From a virus (taxonomy: Duplodnaviria; Caudoviricetes), in the IMG/VR virus record IMGVR_UViG_3300042542_006078: a DNA stretch of 64,000 nucleotides, one strand, 5' to 3'. The translations under genes and the position numbers were made by a program. Shown here piece after piece: positions 20,059-31,003 of the stretch (position 1 is its first letter; each line of letters starts with the position of its first letter). The notes under the pieces are model-generated. The model searched no databases and was not told the origin of the DNA. It was given only the letters and a program-made list of their open reading frames with translations.

Positions 20059-20671
20059 CAATTATTTATGAAGAAATAATCGGATTTATGACAATAAAAA
20101 ATAAATTATTTGCGGTTCTTCTTCATAAATCTTCCAACATTTGGAAGAATCAGGAAAACTTACCGGATATCCCATCTTCCATTCTAAACTAATTCCAAGC
20201 TCATTTTTGCCAAAAGCACAATGTGTCATATTCTTGTTCCAACATTTTTCTTTGCTGGTGTGATAAATGTTTCTTGTCATGTTAAATATCAATTTTTTTC
20301 CAATTAAAAGAAAATGCGTGACTCTTAGACCAGTTGAACGAACAAGGTCTAAATACAAACCAAGAACAGTACCAAGACATTCTCCATGAATTGGATTTAC
20401 TGGCTATTCTTGAACTAGATTCCGACCTGCCAGAAGACCAACAGTAATTTTCTGATATGCTTTTAATGAACATGTTCATTTTACTTCCCATCTAAAAAAC
20501 TAATTTTAGAAATGTTGCTCCAGTTAACAGATCTTTTTGCATTGAATACATTTGATTCATAAAAATGCAAAATACCATGATCAGATCGACACAATGTGTC
20601 AAAACTAAATCTAGCAAAAGATATAAATCCCGTGAAACAAAAACATGAAGACAAATTATTTTTCTTGAAAA

Positions 20672-20917
20672 TCATGATTCAACCACTCTTCCAGAATCTT
20701 GAAAAGGGATTTTAATCATCCATTCACAACCATTTGCTTCAAGATTTACCACATGAGCAACAATTTCCAATCCAGTTTGATAATGATTACTATCAGAATA
20801 TCTTAAAGTTTCTTCAGCTTTTGCAAGAGCCTCATGTCTATTATTCGCAACCACATCAATCGTGTGTGTTTGCGTTGATGTAATCTTTACAGTGTAATTC
20901 ATATGCTTTTCCTCCAA
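20672..20917 (-). CDS. Hypothetical protein
   Basis: 81-aa ORF with a GGAGG RBS upstream of the internal ATG. Confidence 0.55.
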   Translation of the reverse strand: MEEKHMNYTVKITSTQTHTIDVVANNRHEALAKAEETLRYSDSNHYQTGLEIVAHVVNLEANGCEWMIKIPFQDSGRVVES

Positions 20918-21352
20918 GACTTAGACCAAGCCCAAGCCCTAGACCTAGACCACGACCACGACCACGACATGGATTTAGACCAAGACTTAGACTTAAAACC
21001 AGAACCAGAACCAGAGTAAAACAAAGACCAACATTCAATCTGCGAAAAACTATTTGTTCTAAGAATCATATATTTTTACTCCAAGACTTAGAAAAAGCCC
21101 AAGCCCTAGACCACGACCAATACTTAGTCCAACGCTGAAGAACAGACCAGCATTTAGATGACCTGTTGCGATTGTGTTTGAATATCACAAATCACCATTA
21201 AACAAAGTCATGCAATCTTCTGAAGAATTAACTATATTCTGCGACCAACAAAAAGATTCCCCAAAAGACCAAGAATTATTCCACCAAGACCAAGACCCCC
21301 ATCTGTTGTCGGCAAAAGTCCTGCAACAACATTCTCCTGTCCTGAACATAAA

Positions 21353-21739
21353 TCACCACCAACTACTATAAAAAACATAAAGTCCATCACCTATTGCTCT
21401 TCTAGCCTGATAAATGAAATCAATATCATTCCTGATCGATTCATCATCAGGATGATTGTCTCCAAAGAAAAATCCTTCCGTATGAGGAAGATTTCCCAAT
21501 CTAACATCTTTTTCCAAATCTTCTAAATCTTCTAATTTAAGAGAAACATAATCACAATTGAAATCTCCTGTACCACCTTTTCTAAAGAATAGATTTCTCA
21601 TCCACCCATGAAGATCATGATGCTTACGCCAGTAAAATAATTGATTCTTATCGAGCCCTTCCACAAAAATCGGATTAATGTCTTTCATTTCAATAAAATC
21701 TTCTTTTTTAATTGAATAAACAAACATATCAAGTCCCAT
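21353..21739 (-). CDS. Conserved phage hypothetical protein
   Basis: MGLDM..YWRKH.DLHGWM..FNC...GFFFG..YSSWW pattern common in phages. Confidence 0.7.
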   Translation of the reverse strand: MGLDMFVYSIKKEDFIEMKDINPIFVEGLDKNQLFYWRKHHDLHGWMRNLFFRKGGTGDFNCDYVSLKLEDLEDLEKDVRLGNLPHTEGFFFGDNHPDDESIRNDIDFIYQARRAIGDGLYVFYSSWW

Positions 21740-22392
21740 TATCCACTACCTTTCAAAATCAACTTGGCTTCAGACATATCTAAAAAACAATCATAACCCT
21801 CTACCAAAGCACAATACTTACCCTGCCTAGAATTGTACTCCCTACGATAATCAATACCTCTCTCTAAATCCATAACAAAAAATTTACCACAACGAATTGC
21901 AAAACCCAACACAATAGCCTTAGCATCTAACAATTTACCCAACTTATCATGACGAAAATGTATCCTCCCCAAATCAACCCAATATGTCCCCCAATCTACC
22001 ATCAACTCAACAGGCCTATCTCCATACCTGAAATCAGTCAAATTACTAATCTTGCCTGAAGGCAAAAATTCCCGATCACTATCAGAACCAGATAAATCCA
22101 AACCAAATAAATCACCAACAACATCCTCAATCAACCAACCAAGAACAAGATCAGAACCATACTCCAATACCGACCTCTTATCACGATGACTTATATCCAA
22201 CATCCGATTAACATATGATAACTCAATCTCGTTCAAACTATTAGTCAAAATACCCTTAAATAACTTAAACTTGTCAAGATTAGTACCAGAAAAAACAAGA
22301 CCACGATATCTGACCAGATAATCCAAAAGATCTAATCCCTCTGAAACACAAAAATCACGAAGCAAATTCAACTTCTCGCCTATCATGATCAA
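21739..22392 (-). CDS. Hypothetical protein (possible restriction-endonuclease-like fold)
   Basis: ORF; weak TDF...VELMVD pattern. Confidence 0.55.
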   Translation of the reverse strand: MIMIGEKLNLLRDFCVSEGLDLLDYLVRYRGLVFSGTNLDKFKLFKGILTNSLNEIELSYVNRMLDISHRDKRSVLEYGSDLVLGWLIEDVVGDLFGLDLSGSDSDREFLPSGKISNLTDFRYGDRPVELMVDWGTYWVDLGRIHFRHDKLGKLLDAKAIVLGFAIRCGKFFVMDLERGIDYRREYNSRQGKYCALVEGYDCFLDMSEAKLILKGSG

Positions 22393-22567
22393 ACTCCATT
22401 AAAATTCGCCTGACCAAAACATAGACCAACTCCAAGGCGTAGACCTATATAATTGCTTTCCACGAATCCACCATGTCGAACGAACACGCCTGTATCCCTC
22501 GATAGTGCGCCAATTGGACATCATTGTCGATCTAGACCATTCTCTGGATTTATTATGCGTATTTGCC

Positions 22568-23095
22568 CTAAGAATCATTAGAATATCCATGAATTTCTAA
22601 AAAACTACTTATATCTGCAAGAAGATCAATGTTTTGCTCTACTTTTTCTTTTGGCCAATTCCACCATTCTATTTTCATTAACTGATCTATTATATTTTTT
22701 TCAAATCTATATCTAATTATTTTCGCAGGATTACCCGCAACTATGGCAAAAGGAGGCACATCTTTAGTAACAACTGATCTAGCACCAATTATAGAACCAT
22801 CACCAATAGTAACACCACCAAATATCATCGATTCTGTTCCTATCCAACAATCAGAACCAATTAAAATTGGACCCTTGTCTCTTCCCTTCGGATAACTGGA
22901 ATTAGGATAATATGACCTAAATCGAAAATTGCTCACAGTAGGATTATCCATAGATGCATGATCTATTGGACCACCACACAAAAATGTGACCCTTCTTGCT
23001 ATCCCTGAATAATTACCAACAGTAATTTGGTAATTAGGGAAATGCATGATGCAATCTTGAGCAATACTGGAAAGTGTGCCAAGAGTTATTCCCAT
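22568..23095 (-). CDS. CatB/Vat-related hexapeptide-repeat O-acetyltransferase
   Basis: IGSDCWIG, GVTIGDGSIIGARSVVTKDVPPFAIVAGNPAKIIRYRF...IEWWNW. Confidence 0.88.
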   Translation of the reverse strand: MGITLGTLSSIAQDCIMHFPNYQITVGNYSGIARRVTFLCGGPIDHASMDNPTVSNFRFRSYYPNSSYPKGRDKGPILIGSDCWIGTESMIFGGVTIGDGSIIGARSVVTKDVPPFAIVAGNPAKIIRYRFEKNIIDQLMKIEWWNWPKEKVEQNIDLLADISSFLEIHGYSNDS

Positions 23096-23327
23096 GTCGT
23101 CACCTCAGCCCCAATCATACCAAAAAAAAGACGAAAATCAACTCTTTTCTAATATGATTGAGATTATTCGCTGTAAGACCAACACGCACAACAAATGTGA
23201 CCATTCTGAACAGAAAAAATAGCAAATCCAGAGTAAGAACAATGATTGTTCCATGATCTGGAAACCGATATTTCTCCAGACCAACACCAATTGGTGTGAT
23301 TGTAAGAATTTATTCTAGTAATCATGG

Positions 23328-23780
23328 TTAGATTCCATGCTTGATAGGTTTAATTAGATAAACGACACCAGAATCATAATCTATAAAATCGACGACATCC
23401 ATTTTATACTTATTCTTTAACCAAATATCAAAAGAATTATAAAAGTCTACAATCGAATCATCATAATTTTTCAGCTTCTGAATGTGATCAAGAGGAATTT
23501 CAAGTTTAACTTTATGCAATTCCTCTGGTTCTGTGATATTCCACCTATCAACCAGATCAGTTTCATTTTGCCAAAATTCTTTTGCTTCTCTATCACTCAG
23601 AGGAATCCAATTTTTAGCATCATTAACCAATGATGAGAAAAACTCATTGTCTGTTTTTTTATTCTCATTCAACCATTCCGCAAAAGAAAATTTATTTTCT
23701 TTAACACAATTTGGAACTGTTCTTCCACCTTTCTTTTTCATGCCTACTTGCTTATAACCTCTCCAACAAGCCTCATTCAT
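23328..23780 (-). CDS. Hypothetical protein with CWxGY..GMKKKG..VPNCV motif
   Basis: Motif typical of T4-like and huge-phage proteins, followed by FSFAEWLNE. Confidence 0.7.
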   Translation of the reverse strand: MNEACWRGYKQVGMKKKGGRTVPNCVKENKFSFAEWLNENKKTDNEFFSSLVNDAKNWIPLSDREAKEFWQNETDLVDRWNITEPEELHKVKLEIPLDHIQKLKNYDDSIVDFYNSFDIWLKNKYKMDVVDFIDYDSGVVYLIKPIKHGI

Positions 23781-23831
23781 GATTTTTCCTCACTGACATA
23801 AAATACTGGAATTTGTTCCTCTTATCAAAAA

Positions 23832-25019
23832 TCACGGTGCCCATTTATCATACTTCTCGTCTTTTTGTTGAACCCAATTACGATCATGACCATGCTGATT
23901 GATCCTATATGGCAATTCAAAACCAAATATTATTTCCATAGGAGAAGAACTAGAATTGTAAATACTACCAGTGTTGTGTATATTAGAAAATAATTTCTTC
24001 TGTTCTTCAGGTAAATTTTTAGCCCAATTATAATAATCTTCCTGAAAATCCAAATACTTCAACTTATATTTCTGAATATCATTAGCATCATCTACAATCT
24101 TATGAATATTATTTCTTATAAGTTCTATCTTTTCTAAAACATTTTTATACTCTTCTTTCATGCTCTTAAGACGATTAAAAAATTTATCATTTTCCACAGA
24201 TTTCTTCCACTCATCAAAATCCATAGTTGCTACTACATCACTTATTATAACAGAATCATATGACCTATAACCCCTTTCATCTGAACTCAAATATTCACCA
24301 CCAGTATCGTGAACAGTCTTTTTAATCTGCTCAATAACTATATCGTCAATGGCTTCATATCCAGAAAAAGGATTATATAAATTAGGAATCTTCTTCACAA
24401 AACTTGTTCTGTATTTTATAGGATATATCTCAAATTCATAAGAAATATACTTAGAAGGATTCTCTGGAGCCTTTTTGCCCGGAGGAACCATCACCTCGCC
24501 CGGATACTTAGGAATCTCAATTTCACCAGACCTAAGTTTGGCAATAGTATCTTCAAAAGATACAGAACTTTTCATGTTATTTACAGCATCTTTAACCAAA
24601 ACATTAATTGATATCATACGACCTTTTTCTACCTTCTGCTCCTTACCTTTATAACGCAAAAATACAGCATTCTTTTCTACCCTATACTCAAAATCATGAG
24701 GAATCAAATTGTGCAAATCCACGCAACCAGCGCAAACACCGGGATCAACTATTATAGCACCACTATTCTTATCGCTAGGCTTAGTGTCAAACTTGAAAAT
24801 ACATTCCTGAAAATGAAAAAAACAACATCGACCTTCCTTACCTCTCTCAGGAAATGCTATTTTATGAACACCTTCAATTTCACCAATTATACCTCTTCTA
24901 CCTTCACTCCAACTAACCTTTACCTTCTGCCCCCTCTGCAAATCATGCTCCAATAACTCCTCATATACTGACTCATTCAAAACACCAGCTAACTTCAAGA
25001 TTTCATATTTTTCTTTCAT
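23832..25019 (-). CDS. Hypothetical protein (MKEKYEILKLAGVLNE start)
   Basis: Long ORF, GGAG RBS. Confidence 0.7.
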   Translation of the reverse strand: MKEKYEILKLAGVLNESVYEELLEHDLQRGQKVKVSWSEGRRGIIGEIEGVHKIAFPERGKEGRCCFFHFQECIFKFDTKPSDKNSGAIIVDPGVCAGCVDLHNLIPHDFEYRVEKNAVFLRYKGKEQKVEKGRMISINVLVKDAVNNMKSSVSFEDTIAKLRSGEIEIPKYPGEVMVPPGKKAPENPSKYISYEFEIYPIKYRTSFVKKIPNLYNPFSGYEAIDDIVIEQIKKTVHDTGGEYLSSDERGYRSYDSVIISDVVATMDFDEWKKSVENDKFFNRLKSMKEEYKNVLEKIELIRNNIHKIVDDANDIQKYKLKYLDFQEDYYNWAKNLPEEQKKLFSNIHNTGSIYNSSSSPMEIIFGFELPYRINQHGHDRNWVQQKDEKYDKWAP

Positions 25020-25413
25020 GATATACTCCATAAAACTATAATCTTATATATCACTTATTCAAACTTTGTAACATGTCCACAACCAAGCTTTTCGTATAAA
25101 TTCCGACCAGAGATTATATCATGATCTGTCATCACACAACCCTCACAAATATCTCATTAGACCATTGATGATTATCAGAAAAACATTGCGATCTCGTTAC
25201 CCAAGATCTACTGAAAAATCTACTCAAATCTTGATAAGATGTGAAAGCACAACTACTTGTATGACTGTTAACACGAACAAGAGATTCTTCCTTCCAGATA
25301 GAATGCTTCGGTGTATTTGCACTAAAATTAATCATAATCCCACAATACCTCAACCAATCCAAACCGTAAAACCATAAAAAACATTTTTATACACAAAAAT
25401 AACTAAATAATTC

Positions 25414-26220
25414 ATGAATAATTTCAAGTATTGGCTAAACATACAAGAAGGACTAGCTCTAAAAGGAGGATTCAAAGGAAGCTGGTTCCAAAGACTAGTA
25501 GCAGCAATGTATGTACTAGCACCAGAATCAGAACAAGAAGCAGTCCAACTCTACATAGCACCAAATGGACTAACAAACGCAATCAATCACCAATTCAACC
25601 AACTACAAACCAAATACACCCACCACCTAAGCAAATCCGACCCATTCAAAAGCAGCAAAGAACTCGCCAAACATATAGATGACCAAAAAAAAGCAGGAAT
25701 CAAAAAACCATCTGTACCTTCATATGACGCAGAACTAGGTCCAAATATCACACAAGACCAAAAAGGGCACCCAGTCTGGAATAAAGACCAAGACCAAAAA
25801 TTCGGATGGGTACACGACCTCTTAACTCACTATGCCGGTAAATTACCATTCGATGCCCGTGGAGAAGCAAAAGCTTACCTCAAACACCTAAAAACACTAC
25901 CACCTCATTTAGCACCAATACTATTCACAGAAATTATCGCCCAAACATCATACTACTACATCTATGGAGACTTCCCTAAACAAAAAGTAACTATACTCAA
26001 AGACTTCGATCACATCAATGTCGGAAAACTTAACCCACAATCAAAACTAAATCAATTCTTTGAATTCAAAAACAAAGAACTTATACCCAAAAAAAATATA
26101 AAATTAGAAGAACTAAAATCAGTAAACCCACTACTACCAACTATACTCAAAAACCAAGAATCAAGATGGCATAACAACGACAAACCTAAACACAAACTCG
26201 ATACACTAAACCAAAATTAA
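25414..26220 (+). CDS. Hypothetical protein with HDxxxH...GEAKAY..H motif
   Basis: MNNFKYWLNIQE start, TAAATA 4 nt upstream. Confidence 0.7.
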   Translation: MNNFKYWLNIQEGLALKGGFKGSWFQRLVAAMYVLAPESEQEAVQLYIAPNGLTNAINHQFNQLQTKYTHHLSKSDPFKSSKELAKHIDDQKKAGIKKPSVPSYDAELGPNITQDQKGHPVWNKDQDQKFGWVHDLLTHYAGKLPFDARGEAKAYLKHLKTLPPHLAPILFTEIIAQTSYYYIYGDFPKQKVTILKDFDHINVGKLNPQSKLNQFFEFKNKELIPKKNIKLEELKSVNPLLPTILKNQESRWHNNDKPKHKLDTLNQN

Positions 26221-26649
26221 TTACTTCCCAAATGAAGAAAATTTAATCAATATCAAACCACTAAACATCATCAATATACCAACCAATCCAAACCTATCAA
26301 ACTTAATCCCAAATACCAATATAGGCAAAAAATAATATACCAATACCAATGTAAAATCATAAATCATGCTAAAACAATATATCTCACTCTCATCAAAAGA
26401 AGATGAAGAAGATATAATCCTAACACCAATAAACCAAAGATAACTACATATACCACCCAATAATACACCTAAAGGAATATACCACCATAAAATATGAAAA
26501 TCCTTCCTGTAACTAATAAAACATGATAAACAATTAAAAAGAAAAGCAAAAAAAAGAATCAAATATTGCATAAAATAATACCCAAAAATAAATCCGCCCA
26601 CAATAAATGTGAACGGATTTATTAACACAACTAAACTAAAATCAATCAT
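26221..26649 (-). CDS. Multi-pass membrane protein (SMR/EamA-like)
   Basis: Four to five hydrophobic segments; GILMMFSGLILI C-terminus. Confidence 0.6.
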   Translation of the reverse strand: MIDFSLVVLINPFTFIVGGFIFGYYFMQYLILFFAFLFNCLSCFISYRKDFHILWWYIPLGVLLGGICSYLWFIGVRIISSSSSFDESEIYCFSMIYDFTLVLVYYFLPILVFGIKFDRFGLVGILMMFSGLILIKFSSFGK

Positions 26650-26968
26650 CCAAAGAAAAGTAAGCCCACTGAGGCTGATATATTAACTCAACTGCATTCA
26701 AAGATATCACCACAGATGAACCAATAACATCCTCACTATTAGGACGCTCACTATTCGACGCACCACTACTCTCAACTGCCCTAGCCTGCGCCAAAATTAA
26801 ACAATCATCTGTAACCTTAGACAATATACCACGATAATTAAACCTAGCACACAATACAGCTAAAGGCTGACCCAAATAATCCTTCAAAATACTAGCCATA
26901 TTCTCACCAGTAGATAACTCAGGAGAAATACGACTAAATGACCTCTTAACAGACATTTCAAACTCCAT
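26642..26968 (-). CDS. Putative Sm/LSm-like fold protein
   Basis: LKDYLGQPLAVL...YRGILSKVTDDCLILAQA resembles the Sm1 motif. Confidence 0.5.
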   Translation of the reverse strand: MEFEMSVKRSFSRISPELSTGENMASILKDYLGQPLAVLCARFNYRGILSKVTDDCLILAQARAVESSGASNSERPNSEDVIGSSVVISLNAVELIYQPQWAYFSLDD

Positions 26969-26979
26969 TCTATAAAAAA

Positions 26980-27306
26980 TTAATCAACCACAATCCTCGA
27001 CTCAGATTCCAAATAATTATATTCCCTCTGACGAGATACACATATCCACTCACCACAAGGCAATGTCACTACATTATGCTCGTCATGACCAACAGTAATC
27101 TCTCTATCATTACTCCTCACATATATGTCACCATTACTGTCAACATAAGATTCCATCTCCGAAATAGATGGACTCATAATACGATGACTATGACCAGTAA
27201 CCTCACCATATGCAAGAATATTATCAGACTTCCTCTTCATCCCCTCAACAAAAGGAACACTAACTACCCTAAAGAAAATATCACCCTGCCTAGCCTGAAA
27301 TGCCAT
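26980..27306 (-). CDS. Conserved RQGD-family protein (His-rich, likely metal-binding)
   Basis: RQGDI, LAYGEVTGHSHRI, HDEH..V.LP.G.W..RQREY. Confidence 0.75.
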   Translation of the reverse strand: MAFQARQGDIFFRVVSVPFVEGMKRKSDNILAYGEVTGHSHRIMSPSISEMESYVDSNGDIYVRSNDREITVGHDEHNVVTLPCGEWICVSRQREYNYLESESRIVVD

Positions 27307-27317
27307 AAATAAACCCC

Positions 27318-27920
27318 CTATGTCTCCTGAACAGGATTATAATCATCAGAAGACATTCCAAATGTCCAAGAAACTGCCTCCTTACAACTACTCATCGTAG
27401 GAGGTACACACAAATAGTAATTCTTGAAACTACCATCTGACTCAGGTGTACTGTTAATCACCTTCAAAAATAAAACAGGACCAGAAAAAATCCCAGATAC
27501 ACTAAACAACTCCATACCACTCAAATTACATCTATCCAACAAAACACTACCACTACTAGAAACTATCCTCTCATGGCCTATTATCTTCACGCCAACATAA
27601 CGACACTCAGAATTAGGATGACCCAATACATCCCCAACACTCAATAAATCAGGATCACTCACTGCACGATGAAAATTCGCAGGTATCCTTATACCCTCAT
27701 AGTAATAAAATATACTACCATGGATATCAGCATCTATACCATGCTTCTTCCCATCCTTATACCAAATCACCCTAGTCTTACTTCTCCAAGCAGGACTATC
27801 ATCAGAATGCAAATTACCCAAATCATTCACCAAACGAACAATACCACCAGATGTAAATGGAAACTCCTTGGACATATAGTCCAATCTAGCTCTCCATGCA
27901 GAATATCCAGTGTTTTTCAT
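27318..27920 (-). CDS. DUF6745-like domain protein
   Basis: C-terminal LKVINSTPESDGSFKNYYLCVPP...CKEAVSWTFG; start moved to ATG 27920. Confidence 0.7.
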   Translation of the reverse strand: MKNTGYSAWRARLDYMSKEFPFTSGGIVRLVNDLGNLHSDDSPAWRSKTRVIWYKDGKKHGIDADIHGSIFYYYEGIRIPANFHRAVSDPDLLSVGDVLGHPNSECRYVGVKIIGHERIVSSSGSVLLDRCNLSGMELFSVSGIFSGPVLFLKVINSTPESDGSFKNYYLCVPPTMSSCKEAVSWTFGMSSDDYNPVQET

Positions 27921-27987
27921 CACAATTACCCCAACCCACAAACCATTAACCAAAAACAAAATACCACAACAAACCAAATAAGTAAAA

Positions 27988-28470
27988 TCAAACCTTCTGA
28001 GCCCCAACAGATTTTTTCTGCAAATACTCAATAGCAATCTTATTCGCAAATCCCTTCAAGCTATCAGGTGTAACAGACTTAGGATTAGAAGATATCTGCT
28101 GTATCCTACCCTGAACCAATCCCATAATCTCATTCTTCGCAACAGGACTCAATATCCCAGTCTTATCATCCCACAATGAATCATCTATATCAAAAATTTC
28201 CGAATTAGGAACACTACCACGAGAAGAATCAGGAATAGACATAGCCTGCTTTATCAAATTACCAGCATCCTGACGACTCTTTATCAAACTAAAAATCTGA
28301 CCAGCTAAACCAGCAGCCTGAATAATCGAATCTATTCCCATTAAACCACTAACAGCACCAACAGCAGTCTGACCAACAGCCCTCGCTACCTGACCAGCAG
28401 TTCCTATGTTAGATTGCTGCGCTATATTAGCCTCCCTCATAAAAACATAATCGTAAAAAGAAAGATTCAT
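27988..28470 (-). CDS. Hypothetical protein (MNLSFYDYVFMRE start)
   Basis: ORF with GGGGG RBS. Confidence 0.7.
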   Translation of the reverse strand: MNLSFYDYVFMREANIAQQSNIGTAGQVARAVGQTAVGAVSGLMGIDSIIQAAGLAGQIFSLIKSRQDAGNLIKQAMSIPDSSRGSVPNSEIFDIDDSLWDDKTGILSPVAKNEIMGLVQGRIQQISSNPKSVTPDSLKGFANKIAIEYLQKKSVGAQKV

Positions 28471-29990
28471 AAAATACCCCCATAACCAAAATTAAAAACA
28501 ACAAAATATCTATAAAACCAATATTAACAATAATCCAAAATAACAAGATATTACCATATCATCAAAACCACAACAAACCAAATCCATATCATCAAAACAC
28601 AAAACACAACAAATTTCACCAGTAGAGTACTCTACAACCATTCACATTCACAATTTATCACATTAACATTCACAATTTATTCACAATTTCATAAACCACA
28701 ATTTCATAAATCACAATTCATCCACAATTCCATATCTCACAATTCATCCACAATTAATCATATACATAAAATAAATTCTTTACAAAAAGACACATAGAAG
28801 ACAATTATTCGCAAAAACGACCCAAACACCAAATAAAAATAATTGTGAGCTAAAAAGGCCAAAATAAGGCCTCTAAAACCCAAATCAATAAACAAACATT
28901 AATCCCAATCATAAAAACAAAACAAATAATCAAATCTGTTCACAATAAGATCAAATCAATAAACACAAAACTTCTATCACAAAAAAAACTAATTAAGAAC
29001 CAAAATTTCACACAAATACAAAAAATCAATCACAACAAAAAACACAAAAACTAAAAATCAATAAGAAATAAAAATCAAATTAAATAATAAACCAATAATC
29101 GTAAATTGTGATCAAATATAAAAGAACACAAAAAACATAAAGATATTCATCAATATCACATAAATCAATCACAATTTACATCAATTTACATCAAAGAATA
29201 ATCAACAATTAAACAACCTTATAAAAACAATAATCAACAAATATAAAATTCACAATTTACATGATAATAGGACTTTCACAAAAAAACCTTAAATCATAGA
29301 TTGTATGCAGCAATTCATTTTTTTATAATCCAATTTTATTCTTTTGGTGAGAAAGTAAGAGAAAAAATTGTAATTTTGTGAAGGTTATAAGTTGTTTCTG
29401 TGAAAGGCGTGAATTGTATTTTGATGGGTTTGATTGGAAAATAGGTCAAAAATGGGCCTAGCCGCCGCCCCATTTTTTTACCATTTTACATAGTTTTTTT
29501 ATGATTAAGGATATTATTTGATGATTAATTTGATGTAAAATCCACTTAAAAAGTAGATTTTTGATTTATTTTATGATTTTCTTTTTGTTTTTTTGGATAA
29601 ATGATCAAATATTGAGTTAATTCTTAAAAAAATGTAAAATAAATCATAAAGAAATGAAAAAAGGCGATGATTATTGTATTTTTTGTTTATTTTTGGTCAA
29701 ATTGTTGATAAAACTGTGATTTTCTTGGTGATTTTGTTGATTATGTGATTATAATTGCAAAAAATATGTGTTTAGAAGGAGATTGGAGTTGTGTTTTGTA
29801 ATTTGTTGGTTATTTCTTTGTGATTTCTTTGTGATTTTGAGGTTAAAACACAAAAAAACCTTTATTTTATGATTAATTTGTTTAAGATTAATTTGTTTTA
29901 TTTTAAGATTAGATTAATCTTAAAGAAATGGTTGATTTTGTGATGTAATCTGGTTTACGCACTTGTACTTTGCTTGAATACTTGTACTTT
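28471..29990. other. Long non-coding divergent region, candidate replication origin
   Basis: No ORF over ~1.5 kb; + strand flips from A/C-rich to T/G-rich near 29300; 8 CACAATT copies in 28649-28755. Confidence 0.5.
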
Positions 29991-30147
29991 TTGTTCAATT
30001 GATTTTTTACGCACTTGTACTCTGGGTTGTTTTTCTTGTTTTCCATGTATATGAGGTTGGGAAATGTCAAAGAAACTGCTTCGGAGACGGAAGAAGCAAA
30101 GCCGATATATGGTTGTTGGCAAGGAGTGGTGAAAAGGAGTGTGAGAG

Positions 30148-30477
30148 ATGCGATTCCAGACAGAACTTTTCAGTTTTGATGGTATGAGTCTTTACTACGA
30201 CAACAAGTTTGTCGCCAGATTCAAGTATATGAAGAGTAATATGTCAGGATTTCGTAGTTTTCTGATGAAGAACTTCGATGTTGATGAGTATTTTGCCAGA
30301 TTGGCAGATCATTGTGGTGGAAAAGGCAAAGAATCGCCTTTGGAAATTCTTGAGAGCAAGGGTTTTGTTCTCAATCACATCAAGAAATGGTTGAAGAGGG
30401 ATGGTTACCAGCCTAATTCAGAAGGATATCGTCTCTGGAGAGAATATCAGAGGCAAAAAATTGCACAAAGTCGATAA
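30148..30477 (+). CDS. Hypothetical early protein
   Basis: Downstream of promoter copy 1, AGGAG RBS. Confidence 0.7.
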   Translation: MRFQTELFSFDGMSLYYDNKFVARFKYMKSNMSGFRSFLMKNFDVDEYFARLADHCGGKGKESPLEILESKGFVLNHIKKWLKRDGYQPNSEGYRLWREYQRQKIAQSR

Positions 30478-30662
30478 ATGGAAAGAAACTGCTTCGGATT
30501 CGGAAGAAGCAAAGCCGATATATGGGTGTTCGATATTTTAACAATGATCTGAAGTAGAAAAAACTGCTTCGGATTCGGAAGAAGCAAAGCCGATATATGG
30601 GTGTGAAGACGATCACAACTTCGTGGTTGTCTTTTTTTTGGTTTTTCATGGAGGGTTTCGCA

Positions 30663-30974
30663 ATGGCTAATGTTGCTAAGAAGGTTTCTAAGAAGGTTGC
30701 CAAGGTTGGTCGTCCTAAGAAGTTTACTTCTGAACAGGTTCGTCTTTTCAAGTCTGTTGTTCGTGAGTTTGGTCTTACTGGAGCTATTCCGGTACTTCTA
30801 GAGAAGGGTCTGAGCGTTTCAGCACCGACTCTGAGCAAGTACATCTCGACTGGAGCAGGAGGTCGTCCTCCTGTTCGATTGAAGAGGGGTCGTCCTCGTA
30901 AGGTCGAGACTAATCAGGTTGTTTCTTCTGTCGAAGAAGTAAAAGTTGAAGCAACTGTTGAAGCAGTTGCCTAA
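30663..30974 (+). CDS. Small basic protein with AT-hook-like motifs
   Basis: VGRPKK and KRGRPRK; GGAGG RBS. Confidence 0.7.
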   Translation: MANVAKKVSKKVAKVGRPKKFTSEQVRLFKSVVREFGLTGAIPVLLEKGLSVSAPTLSKYISTGAGGRPPVRLKRGRPRKVETNQVVSSVEEVKVEATVEAVA

Positions 30975-31003
30975 TTTTTAACGATAACCCAAAGGAGTAT
31001 GAC

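Larger units (their letters stand above)
17680..20175. repeat. Tandem duplication of a ~1.25 kb unit
   Basis: 18781-18913 near-identical to 20041-20173; 17681-17722 near-identical to 18919-18960. Confidence 0.85.

Noticed and set aside
20918-21130. Hexamer-like repeats (agacca/cgacca/agccca) and ORF 20856..21038
   Set aside because: Degenerate low-complexity tract; the (GL)n/(VL)n ORF has no RBS or family support
22568-23095. Antibiotic-resistance (catB/vat) gene
   Set aside because: The hexapeptide acetyltransferase family is broad, and the glycan-gene context favours sugar O-acetylation; resistance is not supported by the sequence alone
23095-23325. Possible frameshifted gene between the acetyltransferase and 23328..23780
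   Set aside because: A protein-like minus-strand frame lacks a start codon; too weak to call
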